A DNA stretch of 39,634 nucleotides, taken from Sedimentibacter sp. (GTDB taxonomy: Bacteria > Bacillota > Clostridia > Tissierellales > Sedimentibacteraceae). Below are positions 8,204-19,700 of the stretch, in pieces. A model generated the notes under the pieces. It was not told the origin of the DNA. It made no database searches and saw only the letters and a program-made list of their open reading frames with translations. The stretch covers positions 1 through 39,634 of the forward strand of contig DAMAEI010000028.1 of the NCBI GenBank assembly GCA_031997345.1. Direction: 5' to 3'. A program made the translations under genes and the position numbers. Positions within the stretch are counted from its first letter, which is position 1, and every line of letters begins with the position of its first letter.

Positions 8204-10711
8204 TTAATCCTCCATTCTTTGCACTATATAAGACCCGTACCTTGGACCATCAATCAAATCGTACAAATTTTTACCCAACAAGTTAATATATTCATCTTCT
8301 TCAGAGAAAAAAATAATTCGCATTTTTTTCTCTCTTGATAAGCACTTCCCCGTAAAAACCATCCTATAGTGATCGTCTTTGCTTTCTGAAGATAATAATA
8401 AAAGAACTCCTCCATCTAACAAATACCAATTTTCTCTTGAGCATATATTTGAAAATTCATTCACTCCCATAATCATAAGCTTAGTATCATCTTTCATTTT
8501 TGTTAGCAATTCTGTTTTTCTTTTAAAATAATAATCATCAATAACAACATTTCTTATTCCCATGCTAATTAATTTATTTATTACCTCAAAGTCGCTAATT
8601 GCACCTGTTACCAAGCATTCACTGGACCCATTGAATAATTTCTCAATTTTGGCGGAACAACCGAGAATAGGGCTTTGTATTTTATTAAGCAATGGAAATC
8701 TATTTGGATCTGTAAATCTTATGTTTGTATGTTTTTTACATCCTGCACAATATTCTGAAACCAACTCATATGTATCTCTAAAAACTTCAGAAAAGCATTG
8801 AATATCAAATGAATTTATAGCATCTTTGATTAAAGAGAAGTCTTCTATATATTTTGTCCATTCTTCTTCACGAATTTTTCTTACCAGTTGTTGTGTACTG
8901 GAGTCTTCACAAAATAATTTAGGTTCCTTTACCACCGTTTGGATATAATACTTCTGAATATCATATTCATATATCATATCTTCAATATCTATTAAATCAT
9001 ACCTTCTAAGTAATAGAATAACATATAAATTCCATTTCATATTTGTTCTATTTATATCATTATTATCGTCAATAATAATATCATTGCCATTGCCATTGTC
9101 AATGTATGGAGGCTTTATAGAAGTGTCAATTAATGCACGATTGTTATATCTTTCAGATAAATATAACATGCTAAACCATCTTGCAAAAATTTTTTCTTCC
9201 GACATAACCTTATTTGTCATATTAAATGCAATATCATAATCTATATTGGGTTCGATACATAAAACACTCAAACATGGTGATCCATCTCTTCCTCCTCGTC
9301 CAAGTTCCTGATAATATTTATTAGCATTTTCAGGCGCATACATATGAAGTACTGTTCTCACGTCAGGCTTGTCCACACCCACGCCAAATGCTGATGTAGC
9401 AATCATAACATCATATTCATCTTCGGCCCAGTCTTTAATAAGTTCTTTACGCTTTAATGAATTTGTTTTTCCTGTAAAAGTTTCAACATTCCAATACCCT
9501 TCTTCATTCAATATTCTTTTGCATTCTTCTGCTATATTGGGTGATGCTACATAAATAATCATTGGATGTGGTAGTTGCTTAACATATCGTTTCATCTTTT
9601 TTATCTTATCCATATATGATTTAGCTTCAATATATATATATCTAGGTTCTTTTCTCAATGAATCACATCTGACTTCAATCCAATTATCATTATTACTAAA
9701 TAGTAATTTTAAATTGTTAACAGTTTTTCTTTCAAACGTCGCAGAAAGCAAATATGTTCTTATACTACTGTTTTGGGATAGAAGTTTCTTTCTCCATGCT
9801 TCTAAACACTGATAATCTGTCCTAAAAAAAGCACCCCATTCTATTAATATATGAGCCTCATCTATAATAATATTAGCTAAATATTTCTTTTCATTAGCAT
9901 CATAAAGATATTTGTTTATTTTCTTATTTTTTATAATTGCTTCTGGAGAAAGGATCACTAGTCGAGCCTTTTCTTCTTTAATAGCAGAAAGCATTTTATT
10001 AAAATATTCATTATCCTGTCCACTAAAATAACAAAAAATTTCAGTTTCTGTCTCATGCTTAATATTCAAAGAAGCCACCCTTACCTGATCTAATGCTAAG
10101 CTTACAGTTGGAACTATAACAACAGTAAGCTTTCCGCTAATTTGATATGCTATTGTTTGCGTAACTAAGCTTTTTCCTCCACCTGTCGATAGGCATAGTA
10201 ATGCTGTACAACCTTCCGGCACCTTTAAAGCAGATGATATTATAATCTTTTGTTCAAGCGAACGAAAATCTTCAAACCCTGTCAAATTATAAATGTATGG
10301 CGAAGTACATAATAATTTTTTGTTTTCTAAAATAACATGATCTCCATTATTTTCTGTGAATACATCTGTAATATATTTTTTATTCAAGTCCATATCACAT
10401 TGAACTAACGCATAAATCCTACTATCTGCTTCTAAATAAAGTCCATACTCTTTGCCTTTTTCATTTATCAAATTTGTAATATGATTATCGGCATAAAGAC
10501 TAAGTTGCAAAGGTAATAAGCAGTTTTTCAATGAACATAACAAATCATTTTCACTTACATTATTTTTTCTAAATGAAATGACTGTTTTAGCTAAACGAAT
10601 AATTGAATTTCTTTTATAGACGGAAATCTCTTGGGGAACTAAAAGATCATTAAATGTCATATGATTCTCATTTATTAATAATTCCTGTATGATATCTAAT
10701 ATCTTATTCAT
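8204..10711 (-). CDS. RecQ-like DEAH-box helicase, DpdF-like
   Basis: LSTGGGKS, IIDEAH, LSAT, ATSAFGVGVDKPDVR and YYQELGRGGRDG motifs. Probable start MNKIL at 10711 (ATGA overlap with the SNF2 stop). Confidence 0.8.
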   Translation of the reverse strand: MNKILDIIQELLINENHMTFNDLLVPQEISVYKRNSIIRLAKTVISFRKNNVSENDLLCSLKNCLLPLQLSLYADNHITNLINEKGKEYGLYLEADSRIYALVQCDMDLNKKYITDVFTENNGDHVILENKKLLCTSPYIYNLTGFEDFRSLEQKIIISSALKVPEGCTALLCLSTGGGKSLVTQTIAYQISGKLTVVIVPTVSLALDQVRVASLNIKHETETEIFCYFSGQDNEYFNKMLSAIKEEKARLVILSPEAIIKNKKINKYLYDANEKKYLANIIIDEAHILIEWGAFFRTDYQCLEAWRKKLLSQNSSIRTYLLSATFERKTVNNLKLLFSNNDNWIEVRCDSLRKEPRYIYIEAKSYMDKIKKMKRYVKQLPHPMIIYVASPNIAEECKRILNEEGYWNVETFTGKTNSLKRKELIKDWAEDEYDVMIATSAFGVGVDKPDVRTVLHMYAPENANKYYQELGRGGRDGSPCLSVLCIEPNIDYDIAFNMTNKVMSEEKIFARWFSMLYLSERYNNRALIDTSIKPPYIDNGNGNDIIIDDNNDINRTNMKWNLYVILLLRRYDLIDIEDMIYEYDIQKYYIQTVVKEPKLFCEDSSTQQLVRKIREEEWTKYIEDFSLIKDAINSFDIQCFSEVFRDTYELVSEYCAGCKKHTNIRFTDPNRFPLLNKIQSPILGCSAKIEKLFNGSSECLVTGAISDFEVINKLISMGIRNVVIDDYYFKRKTELLTKMKDDTKLMIMGVNEFSNICSRENWYLLDGGVLLLLSSESKDDHYRMVFTGKCLSREKKMRIIFFSEEDEYINLLGKNLYDLIDGPRYGSYIVQRMED

Positions 10712-13700
10712 ATTCTCACCATCCATACTAAGCATGCACTTTCAAGATTAATTAATGGTTTTTCTAAGCTCTTTATTATTGTTTCTTTCAACTCTTCGTA
10801 CTCTGACGAATGATCACAAAGACCATAGTATAGGTCAGTTGCAATTTTTGTTGCCAACATCTTCTCCAATTCAACTTTTAGCCCTGAAAAGTTTGAATTA
10901 GATATAAACTTCTTTACAGCTTCCTTTTTAGAAGCATCATACCCTTCCTTAACAATATTTTTCCATAGTTCATCTGGATAACGCTGTTTTATATATTCAA
11001 GGTTGAAAAGTTCCATATTCTTTTTATTTGAAATAAAATCTTTTGATTTTTTCCTTTTTCCTAAATGAGCAAAACGTTTTACATCATATCCACTTTCAAT
11101 TATTCTTAGAAACTCTTCAGACACTTCAGAAATATTCACATCTTCACTGTCAGGCATTGGAATAAAAGCATTTATAGAATCGTAAGAAATAAAATATCTA
11201 TATTGACTCAATATCAAAGGAGATAATCCCTTTTCTAAAATAATTTTTTCATTAGCTCTAAATGACCATGTATATACAACGCCAATCCATTCGATGTCTG
11301 ATGGAAAAGCAAATGCCGTGCATTGTCCTTTGCTTGAACATAAAGCGTTATCAACTAAGCAATCAAACACATCATCACCAGGTGCAAAAAAGTGTAGCAT
11401 GTCATTTTGAATAGAGACTCTTCTTGAAAAAGTCCCTACAATTTTCCTCATTGAATTTTTTCTACTATTTTTCGCCTCACCGTATTTTTCTTCATACATT
11501 TCAAAAATATTGCTTACATACTTATTATGAGTTTTATTAATGTACTCTTCCCATTTTGGAGGAATAAAAAGTGCTTTTTTTGCCGAATTTGGCGAAAAAG
11601 ATCTCTCACTAAATGAAATTACATTTTCTTCTTCCCCTTTATATGCATTAAACCCAACCATATACGCCCAATTCATCAGAGTTTTTGAAAACCATTCATT
11701 TTCATTTCTATTATATCGACGTATAATGTTTTCTAATTCTTTATTTAAGTCATTATACCTGTACGCTGCGGTATCATAGTACTGTTCTTTTTGAACTTCT
11801 ATTTCCAACTGTTTTGATTTATAAATAATTCTATCTATTTCATTTTCTAGACCATATCTAAAGTTATCTGTAATTGCCGATATTATGCTTTCATTAATAT
11901 CTGCCATAATGATTTCAAGTCCACTTAATGACTTCTGAAATATATTCAATCCATTATTCCAGAATTTAAAAAGTTGATCCTCTATAGTATCAATTGTATG
12001 AATTACTATAGATATGACGTCTTTATCAGCATCTCGTCCAACCCTATCTAGTCGTCCAATTCTTTGTTCAATTGCATTAGCATCCCACGGCAAGTCAATA
12101 TGTACAACGCAATCTGCTTCTTGAAAATTACGTCCTTCTCCACCAGTCTTATCACATAATATAATTCTACATTCTTTTGTTTTTTGAAACCTATACACAT
12201 TTAATTCCATATCATCCCGACTCATTCCTGCTTCAAAGAATGCGCATGTTTCTTCCCCAAAATACTGATTAAAACATTCCTGATATTTTTTAAAGGTAGC
12301 CTCATAATTTGTGAATACAACAATTTTTTTATCTCCTAATTCCTGATCAATATAATCAATAACCTTTAAGATACGATTATTTGATTCATCCGGATCTTCA
12401 AGTGCTTTATTAATATTTACTAATAACAAATCTTCATCTGCTTTCCATTGTTCAGCCTCATCTATTATTACATCTGGGATATCCTTACCTTCTGCATAAT
12501 CAATGAATGCCCATGGTGAACTATAGAAGGCTGCCAATAATGGTATAATACGATTTACAAATTCTCCTCTACTGAAATTCTCCTGTTCAATCCACAAGAA
12601 TATTTTTTCATATGTTTTTGTCTCTGCACTATTCATTTCTATATTCAATGAATAAAATATTTCTTCACATTTTCGTTCTGCAAAATCATCAATAAAAAGT
12701 CGACGGTTTCTAATTATGTTCTTCTCAATCTGATAATTTTCGCATAAATAGGATAGGGCAATTTGCATATTTCTTTGTCCATAATCTTCATTCTTAATGT
12801 CTATTTTTTCAACAAACTCAGCAAATAATTCATTCTTAATTGCATCTCTAAGGTCCTCTAATCCTTCCATTATTTCTTCATACCTATCATGAAACTCTTC
12901 ATCTTCAAGAATTTCAACATCTGAAAATCCATCTTCTTTTAAATTAGCAATTAAGTGTTGAAATGAATCTAGTCCTTTCAATGCAAGGTAAGCGTGACTA
13001 TTTATCTCATGCTGCTTAATTAATATCTCATCAAATTCGACAGTTGAAATATTATCATATTTTTGTGGTGCGATAAGTCTCAACAATTTTAAATATTCGT
13101 TTTTCTGTTGTTGCACAGGAGTTGCACTAAGAAATAATATATTATTTACAGATTTACTGATAGTATATATTTTTTTATAATTATCATTATCTTGTAATAA
13201 GCGATGCGCTTCATCCACTATTACAAAGTCGTATTCTTTGTCATTAATTTCGACATTATCGATGTCTACAATTTTTACAAAATTATTAGCATAATTATAA
13301 TTTTCGGTAATATTAAATTTAACAAACAGCTCAACTTTCCATTGTTCTACCAAGCTATCTGGGACAGCGATAAGTACCCTCTTATTCGACTTATAATTTA
13401 AATAAATTTTTAAAATAGAGCAAGCCTCAATTGTTTTTCCTAATCCAACCTCATCAGCCAGCATATATCTGCAATTTTCTTCCTGAAGACATCTCATCAC
13501 AGATTTAAGCTGATATGGTTTTAAAAATATTTTGCAACCAGCTATTTCTTTAAACCCATACATTGAATTATCGATTGTACTCATTGTTCTTGAAACAACG
13601 TTTCTGCCAAAATACCATTTTGGATTCTGAAATTCGTATTTATTTAGTTGATAAATTGGATCTACTTTCCCATTAGTAAATGATATTGAAATCTTGTCTT

Positions 13701-14037
13701 CTCGTATCAATTCAGTCTTTCCAGAAATATAAGACCTTAAATAATAAGATATCCAACCTTGAGTATCCTTTGAAAATTCTAACACCTCGTAATCTTTTCC
13801 AGAATATTTTACTTTGCTCCCTCTAAAAGCCTTACACCGTTCAATTTGATCAAATGAATATACCCCGTTTTTGGGGAACATATCATAAAAATCACGAACT
13901 TTATATGGATCTTCAAATACAACAGATACATTTTCAGATATTATGTTAACATCTACAATTTTACCCATAATAAAGATTCTCGGATTTACGTTATCTTCGT
14001 AATCTGCCGGACATCTAACATACATTCCCTTTTCCAT
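10708..14037 (-). CDS. SNF2/RapA-like helicase-ATPase, DpdE-like
   Basis: LADEVGLGKTIEA, VDEAH, LSATP, GGEGRNFQ and LPWDANAIEQRIGRLDRVG motifs. AGGAGGAG RBS before ATG 14037 (MEKGMY). Confidence 0.85.
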   Translation of the reverse strand: MEKGMYVRCPADYEDNVNPRIFIMGKIVDVNIISENVSVVFEDPYKVRDFYDMFPKNGVYSFDQIERCKAFRGSKVKYSGKDYEVLEFSKDTQGWISYYLRSYISGKTELIREDKISISFTNGKVDPIYQLNKYEFQNPKWYFGRNVVSRTMSTIDNSMYGFKEIAGCKIFLKPYQLKSVMRCLQEENCRYMLADEVGLGKTIEACSILKIYLNYKSNKRVLIAVPDSLVEQWKVELFVKFNITENYNYANNFVKIVDIDNVEINDKEYDFVIVDEAHRLLQDNDNYKKIYTISKSVNNILFLSATPVQQQKNEYLKLLRLIAPQKYDNISTVEFDEILIKQHEINSHAYLALKGLDSFQHLIANLKEDGFSDVEILEDEEFHDRYEEIMEGLEDLRDAIKNELFAEFVEKIDIKNEDYGQRNMQIALSYLCENYQIEKNIIRNRRLFIDDFAERKCEEIFYSLNIEMNSAETKTYEKIFLWIEQENFSRGEFVNRIIPLLAAFYSSPWAFIDYAEGKDIPDVIIDEAEQWKADEDLLLVNINKALEDPDESNNRILKVIDYIDQELGDKKIVVFTNYEATFKKYQECFNQYFGEETCAFFEAGMSRDDMELNVYRFQKTKECRIILCDKTGGEGRNFQEADCVVHIDLPWDANAIEQRIGRLDRVGRDADKDVISIVIHTIDTIEDQLFKFWNNGLNIFQKSLSGLEIIMADINESIISAITDNFRYGLENEIDRIIYKSKQLEIEVQKEQYYDTAAYRYNDLNKELENIIRRYNRNENEWFSKTLMNWAYMVGFNAYKGEEENVISFSERSFSPNSAKKALFIPPKWEEYINKTHNKYVSNIFEMYEEKYGEAKNSRKNSMRKIVGTFSRRVSIQNDMLHFFAPGDDVFDCLVDNALCSSKGQCTAFAFPSDIEWIGVVYTWSFRANEKIILEKGLSPLILSQYRYFISYDSINAFIPMPDSEDVNISEVSEEFLRIIESGYDVKRFAHLGKRKKSKDFISNKKNMELFNLEYIKQRYPDELWKNIVKEGYDASKKEAVKKFISNSNFSGLKVELEKMLATKIATDLYYGLCDHSSEYEELKETIIKSLEKPLINLESACLVWMVRI

Positions 14038-14076
14038 AAAACTCCTCCTATTAATGCATGACCAATTCATTGGCAA

Positions 14077-16761
14077 TCAATTGTCTTCAACATCATTGTA
14101 TAATAAGCTATAATTTGCCAAGCAGATTTCCTTATTTGAACAATACTGACACCATAAATCCGGTATCATATCTATACTTATATCTCCACTTCCTACTTTC
14201 ATCTTCCATTTTTTATACTCGGGCTGCTTAGGAAATATTTTTGATGCAAGAATATTTGTATCATTTTCATTACCTTTTAAAGACAATTTGATGAATTCCT
14301 GTTTTTTACTAAGATGATCATCTGCAAGTTCTGGTATATATCCCTTTCTTAGATTATTTCTACTTTCAAAAGAGTAATATTTAATAAAACTACACGCATT
14401 AGTTTCTATATCAATTTCATCACTTTCTTCAATAAAAGCAAATTTACTTTTTAATGATGAGAATTGTGACTTAACTTCCTCAAGCACTGTTGCCTCAACG
14501 TATCTTTGACCCTTAAGTTCCTTAATTGCTCTTGATTCAATTACAGATTCACAATATTTTTTGATCAAAAATTTTTCTTTTATGACTGAATTCCCCTCAA
14601 TACAGCTTTCCAAAATATATTTGTAAGGACATATTTTATATCTTATATAATCAATTTCAGATAAATTTACTGGACGCTTCTCTATATTAAATACACTCTT
14701 ATTTGGTGTGTTTGCTTCTTTTATAAATGTATGAGCTTCTTTCTTAATACCTAGTATTTTGAGCAAATAATATACTTCTTTTTCTTTATCACCAGCATTC
14801 TTTACATAGCTAAGTTTATATTTTGCACGGTTAAATTCTAAACCATATACTAGTGCGTACCTTTTAAAATTTTTAAATTCTTTAATCGATTTAATATATA
14901 CTTGGTATTTCCAGTCTATAGGCTCACATGCTTTCTCAAAAAAATTCACATCAAGTGGCCAAGGTAATCTTTCATCTTCACCAACATTCATATCATCATC
15001 TGACAAACAACAAAAATGATAAACTGTATCCGCATCCTGTCTTTCACTTTTTAAGACATCCCCATCTATTTGTTCGAAATCTCTTACTATCCATTTAGCA
15101 TTGTCCATTTCATTTGCCACACCAAGATAGTAACTCATTGTCTCTTTAAGGCACATAAACGTTCCATTTATCTCAATATCATTTGCTGTATTAAGTCGAA
15201 CCAATAATCTCTTAATTATATCTCTAAATTCATCATCTAATTCATTTGATTCATTAATATTATTTTCAAGAAATCCTCTAACTTTAAGATAAAATTCTTT
15301 AAACTGCGCACGATTGTCCTTAAAATCTTCAAAAAAGAATTTTGCCACTAAATTTAATTCTTGTAACCCATTTATCAACTCTTCCAATTCTTCTTTAGAT
15401 GATTTAAAATAAATTAGTCTATCTACCACTTCATCATACTGTCTAGTATTTCTCTCGATACCTCGTTGGAGAGATTTCAATTTTATGACAATTCCATCAA
15501 TATTTTTAATCTGTGACAAAGAAAAATAATTTTGAATAGTACAGAATGTATTTAGTAGTACTCCAGGAGTCTTTTCCACAACAATACCTGAGTTAAGACA
15601 TTCCATAATTGAATTCAAATCACTAATAACAAGTTCTTCTGTATCAGGATTCCACATATCTGATATCGCAACAAAAAATTGCCCAATTGGATATGATAAA
15701 AAATGGCGTTCTCCAAATTGTTCTGGATAATAAGTCTTAAGAATATCGTTGACTTCACTACTAGCAGAATAAAATTGTTCCTTCATATAATATAATACAG
15801 ATCTATGTTGTACTTTTTCTTGTAATTTATTGTAAGTAGATAATGCATCTTCATAAACTTTAGCAACATAATTTGCAAATTCTGTATTGTTATCAAATTC
15901 AATTATACTACAGCCTGATATATTATATTCTTTATCAAGCACACCTTCATATATATCGCCAATCCTTGCAGCCAGACTATTTCCTTCAAAACTATTCGTC
16001 AAAAGAAATGAGGGCTGAAACTCACTGTTCATTGGACTCTTTATAACAGCATCAAAACAAGAATATACATCAATCCAGGTTTGATACAAATTTTTGTATT
16101 GCTTCTGATAATTAAATATCATGACAATATCTTTATATTTTGATATCTCTTCAATTGTTCTTAATATTAAGGGAGTAAATTGATGGATACCATGAAATAC
16201 AATCTTCTTTATATCAATATTTTTAGTAGAAGCATGTTTTTTATTTATATTTGCTTTTTGCAAACTTTCTATTATAGTATTATTAATTTCATTCTCTGTA
16301 AGTCTATCATTGCGAAGTTTAAACTTTTCCTTTTCTTGTGATGAAAGCTTTTTCATAATTTTAATTAAATAAATCTGTCCTTGCGTCAACTCTTCTATTT
16401 TCATATTTGAGAAATCAATATTAATTTCGGACAATAGACGTATGCAATCAACAATATATTTTTTATTAAATAGCAATGAACTTCTCGTCTTCTCATCTAT
16501 TTTTAATTCTCTAATTACCCCATCAATTATGGTGTATTGCTCAATTTTGTTTTTAACATTATCATTCCAGTCTGAATAAATACAATTAACCAGATTTGTT
16601 ACCGTCGCCAATTGCCCTCTTCTAAAGTAATCTAATGTATCAAACAAGCCATTAACCATTGTTTGTGAAACACAAAATTGAGGACAATCTTTAATTTCAT
16701 CCCAGTATGGTTCCTTATCTATTTCATAAGGATTACTATATGTATAAACTATATATCCCAT
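14077..16761 (-). CDS. AddB/RexB-like protein with C-terminal 4-Cys (Fe-S staple) domain
   Basis: FHGIHQFTPL recalls AddB DGF.xFTP. C-terminal YKICPYKY ... WCQYCSNKEIC matches the C + CxxC-x5-C pattern of AddB/Cas4-type domains. No Walker A seen. Confidence 0.55.
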   Translation of the reverse strand: MGYIVYTYSNPYEIDKEPYWDEIKDCPQFCVSQTMVNGLFDTLDYFRRGQLATVTNLVNCIYSDWNDNVKNKIEQYTIIDGVIRELKIDEKTRSSLLFNKKYIVDCIRLLSEINIDFSNMKIEELTQGQIYLIKIMKKLSSQEKEKFKLRNDRLTENEINNTIIESLQKANINKKHASTKNIDIKKIVFHGIHQFTPLILRTIEEISKYKDIVMIFNYQKQYKNLYQTWIDVYSCFDAVIKSPMNSEFQPSFLLTNSFEGNSLAARIGDIYEGVLDKEYNISGCSIIEFDNNTEFANYVAKVYEDALSTYNKLQEKVQHRSVLYYMKEQFYSASSEVNDILKTYYPEQFGERHFLSYPIGQFFVAISDMWNPDTEELVISDLNSIMECLNSGIVVEKTPGVLLNTFCTIQNYFSLSQIKNIDGIVIKLKSLQRGIERNTRQYDEVVDRLIYFKSSKEELEELINGLQELNLVAKFFFEDFKDNRAQFKEFYLKVRGFLENNINESNELDDEFRDIIKRLLVRLNTANDIEINGTFMCLKETMSYYLGVANEMDNAKWIVRDFEQIDGDVLKSERQDADTVYHFCCLSDDDMNVGEDERLPWPLDVNFFEKACEPIDWKYQVYIKSIKEFKNFKRYALVYGLEFNRAKYKLSYVKNAGDKEKEVYYLLKILGIKKEAHTFIKEANTPNKSVFNIEKRPVNLSEIDYIRYKICPYKYILESCIEGNSVIKEKFLIKKYCESVIESRAIKELKGQRYVEATVLEEVKSQFSSLKSKFAFIEESDEIDIETNACSFIKYYSFESRNNLRKGYIPELADDHLSKKQEFIKLSLKGNENDTNILASKIFPKQPEYKKWKMKVGSGDISIDMIPDLWCQYCSNKEICLANYSLLYNDVEDN

Positions 16762-19700
16762 TTAATCCTCCAATAAGTTCCTCCATGTTATTCCATCATG
16801 AACTTGTATATCTCTAAACCAGACTACATTCCGAATTGCCCTTGTAAGTGCTACATATAATACCCTTGATTCTTCCTGCACACGCTCTGATACTTCTTCT
16901 TGAGCATTATAATTACTATTGGGATCTTTCTTACCAGCAATTTTCACTGCATATCCCAACCATTTACCGTCATACACTACATCTAGTGGCGACTTCTTAT
17001 AATCATTTATTCTTTGAGAGGTAAATGGAATTAAAACTGTACCATATTCCAATCCCTTTGATTTATGTATAGTCGTACATACCACTCTTATACCTATTTC
17101 GTGTTCTATGCTTCTTGATTTCACTTCTTGTTTTGTTACAATATTTATATGCAATGTTTTTTCAATCCTATTCAATGTTAAATAGTCAACATTACATTTA
17201 TGTATAATTTTCTCAATGACCAAATCGTAATTAGTTCTATAATAGTTTTGCACATCATAGTTGTCCGAATAATTATTCCAAGGTTGACACGCGTCTGTTA
17301 TATCTTTTATAACCTTAAGAACAGGCTTAGTTTGAATTTCTTTGATTAACTCATGCCACTTCATATTCATTCTAGATTCAAAAATATCATCAAGAATAGA
17401 AATTATTAGTTTTCTTTTTTCTTCTCTTTCATAACCAATTAGGTAATCTACATTAATCTTAGCTTTTACATAGTTAGAGAGCAAGAAATTTACCAGATAT
17501 ACAGGTTCTCTTGAATTGGTAAGGGCTAACACTAGACGGTATAAATCCAATGCAGGTTCCAGCTGATATAGATCACCTCCAATTCTTGTTTCAATATCAA
17601 CACCTCTTTTTTTAGCTTCCTTCAATATATCCGTAATCTGCCAATTCTCTCTTACAAGGATAGCTATTGTCTCTTCATTTTTTGATAACTTTTTCTCATT
17701 AGATTTTATTTGTAATTTATTTTTCAGATATGCTATTTCTTCAAACAACTCATTGTAAACTCCATTTTCACTTTTTGAATCATAATCAATTACTCTTAAC
17801 AAATCTTCTTTTTCCGTATCAAATAACAAATCACTTTCTAGTTTGTCTATATTTTCTACATAAGGAATATATGGCATCCCGTCAATTATTCTTTCACCCA
17901 TTGAATTAAATATTGAATTAAACCGTTCTAACAATCTCTTGTCCGTTCTGTAATTACGGGTTAATTCTTTTTCTTCCCAGATTTCTTTATCAGGAGACAA
18001 CTTTTTAAATGCTCCTACTTGTGCTCCTCTGAACCTATAAATACTTTGTTTTATATCACCAACAACAAACAACTTGTATCCCGTCTTTTGCTGCAACATT
18101 TTAAATGTTTCTATTTGAATATCATCTGTATCTTGAAATTCATCTATAAACAGGTATTTCAGCCCTGAACTCTTCCTTGAAATTCGTTTTGATTTAACTG
18201 ACTCTGCCAACAAAATCATACTTTCTTTCAGATCTATTTTATTGTTATTTCTAATAAGTTTCTCATACTTGAGCTCTGCAGGAATAATTACCTCCATAAT
18301 TAGATTGTTGAAGTATGGTATTTTTTTAATGCTATCTCCCAAAGCTATTGCATCCATTTTTCTAATATCAATACTTTTATTGTAAAGCTGATTTGAAAAT
18401 GATATTAATAATTTTCTAAGCTTATAAACTGGAATTTGAAGGTTATTAAAATAGTTTTCATTATCTTCTTTTTTTCTCCTTATAAATTCATTAAGGAGCT
18501 CCTCATATACTTTTTCTCTATCATATTCATTGGAAGTTATACGGAATTCTTTACCTAGCCCCATAGACATTGAGGCCTCCTTAATAATTTCTTTTGAAAA
18601 CTTATGAATTGTAGATATATTCATCTGAGCCATATTTTCAACAAATCTAAGGTATTTAGGTCTTTGCGTGAGAACAAAATAATTCATAAAGCATCTTTTT
18701 AGTCTCTGTTTCATGTTTTCAGCAGCTTCATTTGTAAATGTAATCATAGCTATATCCTTAGATATGTTACTTATTGTTTCATCGTCCGATAAGCAAAGAA
18801 ATGAGATTCTTGAAACCATTGAATATGTCTTGCCTGTTCCGGCTCCAGCACTTACTATAATATTCTTATCCTTTTTTTCATGTTCAAGTATATATTGTTT
18901 TTCATTAAAACTCGTTATTTTTCCTAATCGTTTTAATAGAAGTTTATCTTCCACGCTTAATTCTCCGTTTACTATTTCCACACCTTGTTTACTCAAATCA
19001 GTATTTGAGATGTAATATATCTCCAGATTAAAGCTTCTATAAAAATTTTCTGTCATAGGTAAAAATGATTCTTTTTCTTTAGCAAAATATAATTCATCTG
19101 ATTTAATAGATATGCCTCTCTCAGACATCCTTTCTTTATGTACACGTGCAAATATATTATATGTTTCTTTATCTGTTACGAAAATTAATAACTTTGTACC
19201 TTGGAAGTAAAGATCATAATACTTATCAACTTCTTTTTCTTTCAAACACTCACATATAAAATATAGCTTAGAATATGCTTCAATTTGAATCTCATCTATA
19301 GTTTCATCTTTACGTAATAATGGCTCAAAATTCTTACGGATTTGAAATAGCATCTTATTATTCAGCTCATCATGTGGTATTGTTTTCATCGCTAAATATG
19401 ACTGATTTAATTTTTTGCCAAATGAAACAATATCGCTAATATCGTCTTTGAAAATCGTAAATTTTTCCTCTGAAACAGCATCTAAACCTTTTGAATAGTA
19501 TTCTTTTTTTGAAATAAAAGGATAACATACAAGTCCAATGGTTAATGGACTTATGCTATATTTATCTTTTAATACATTCCTAAGTGCAATACTATACGAT
19601 CTTGATTGTTTTTTAGGCGAATTCTCTAAATCCTCTCTATTCTTTAGTTTAATTTTACCATTAGGCATTACTTTATCTATATGAGAAATATGCCATCCTT

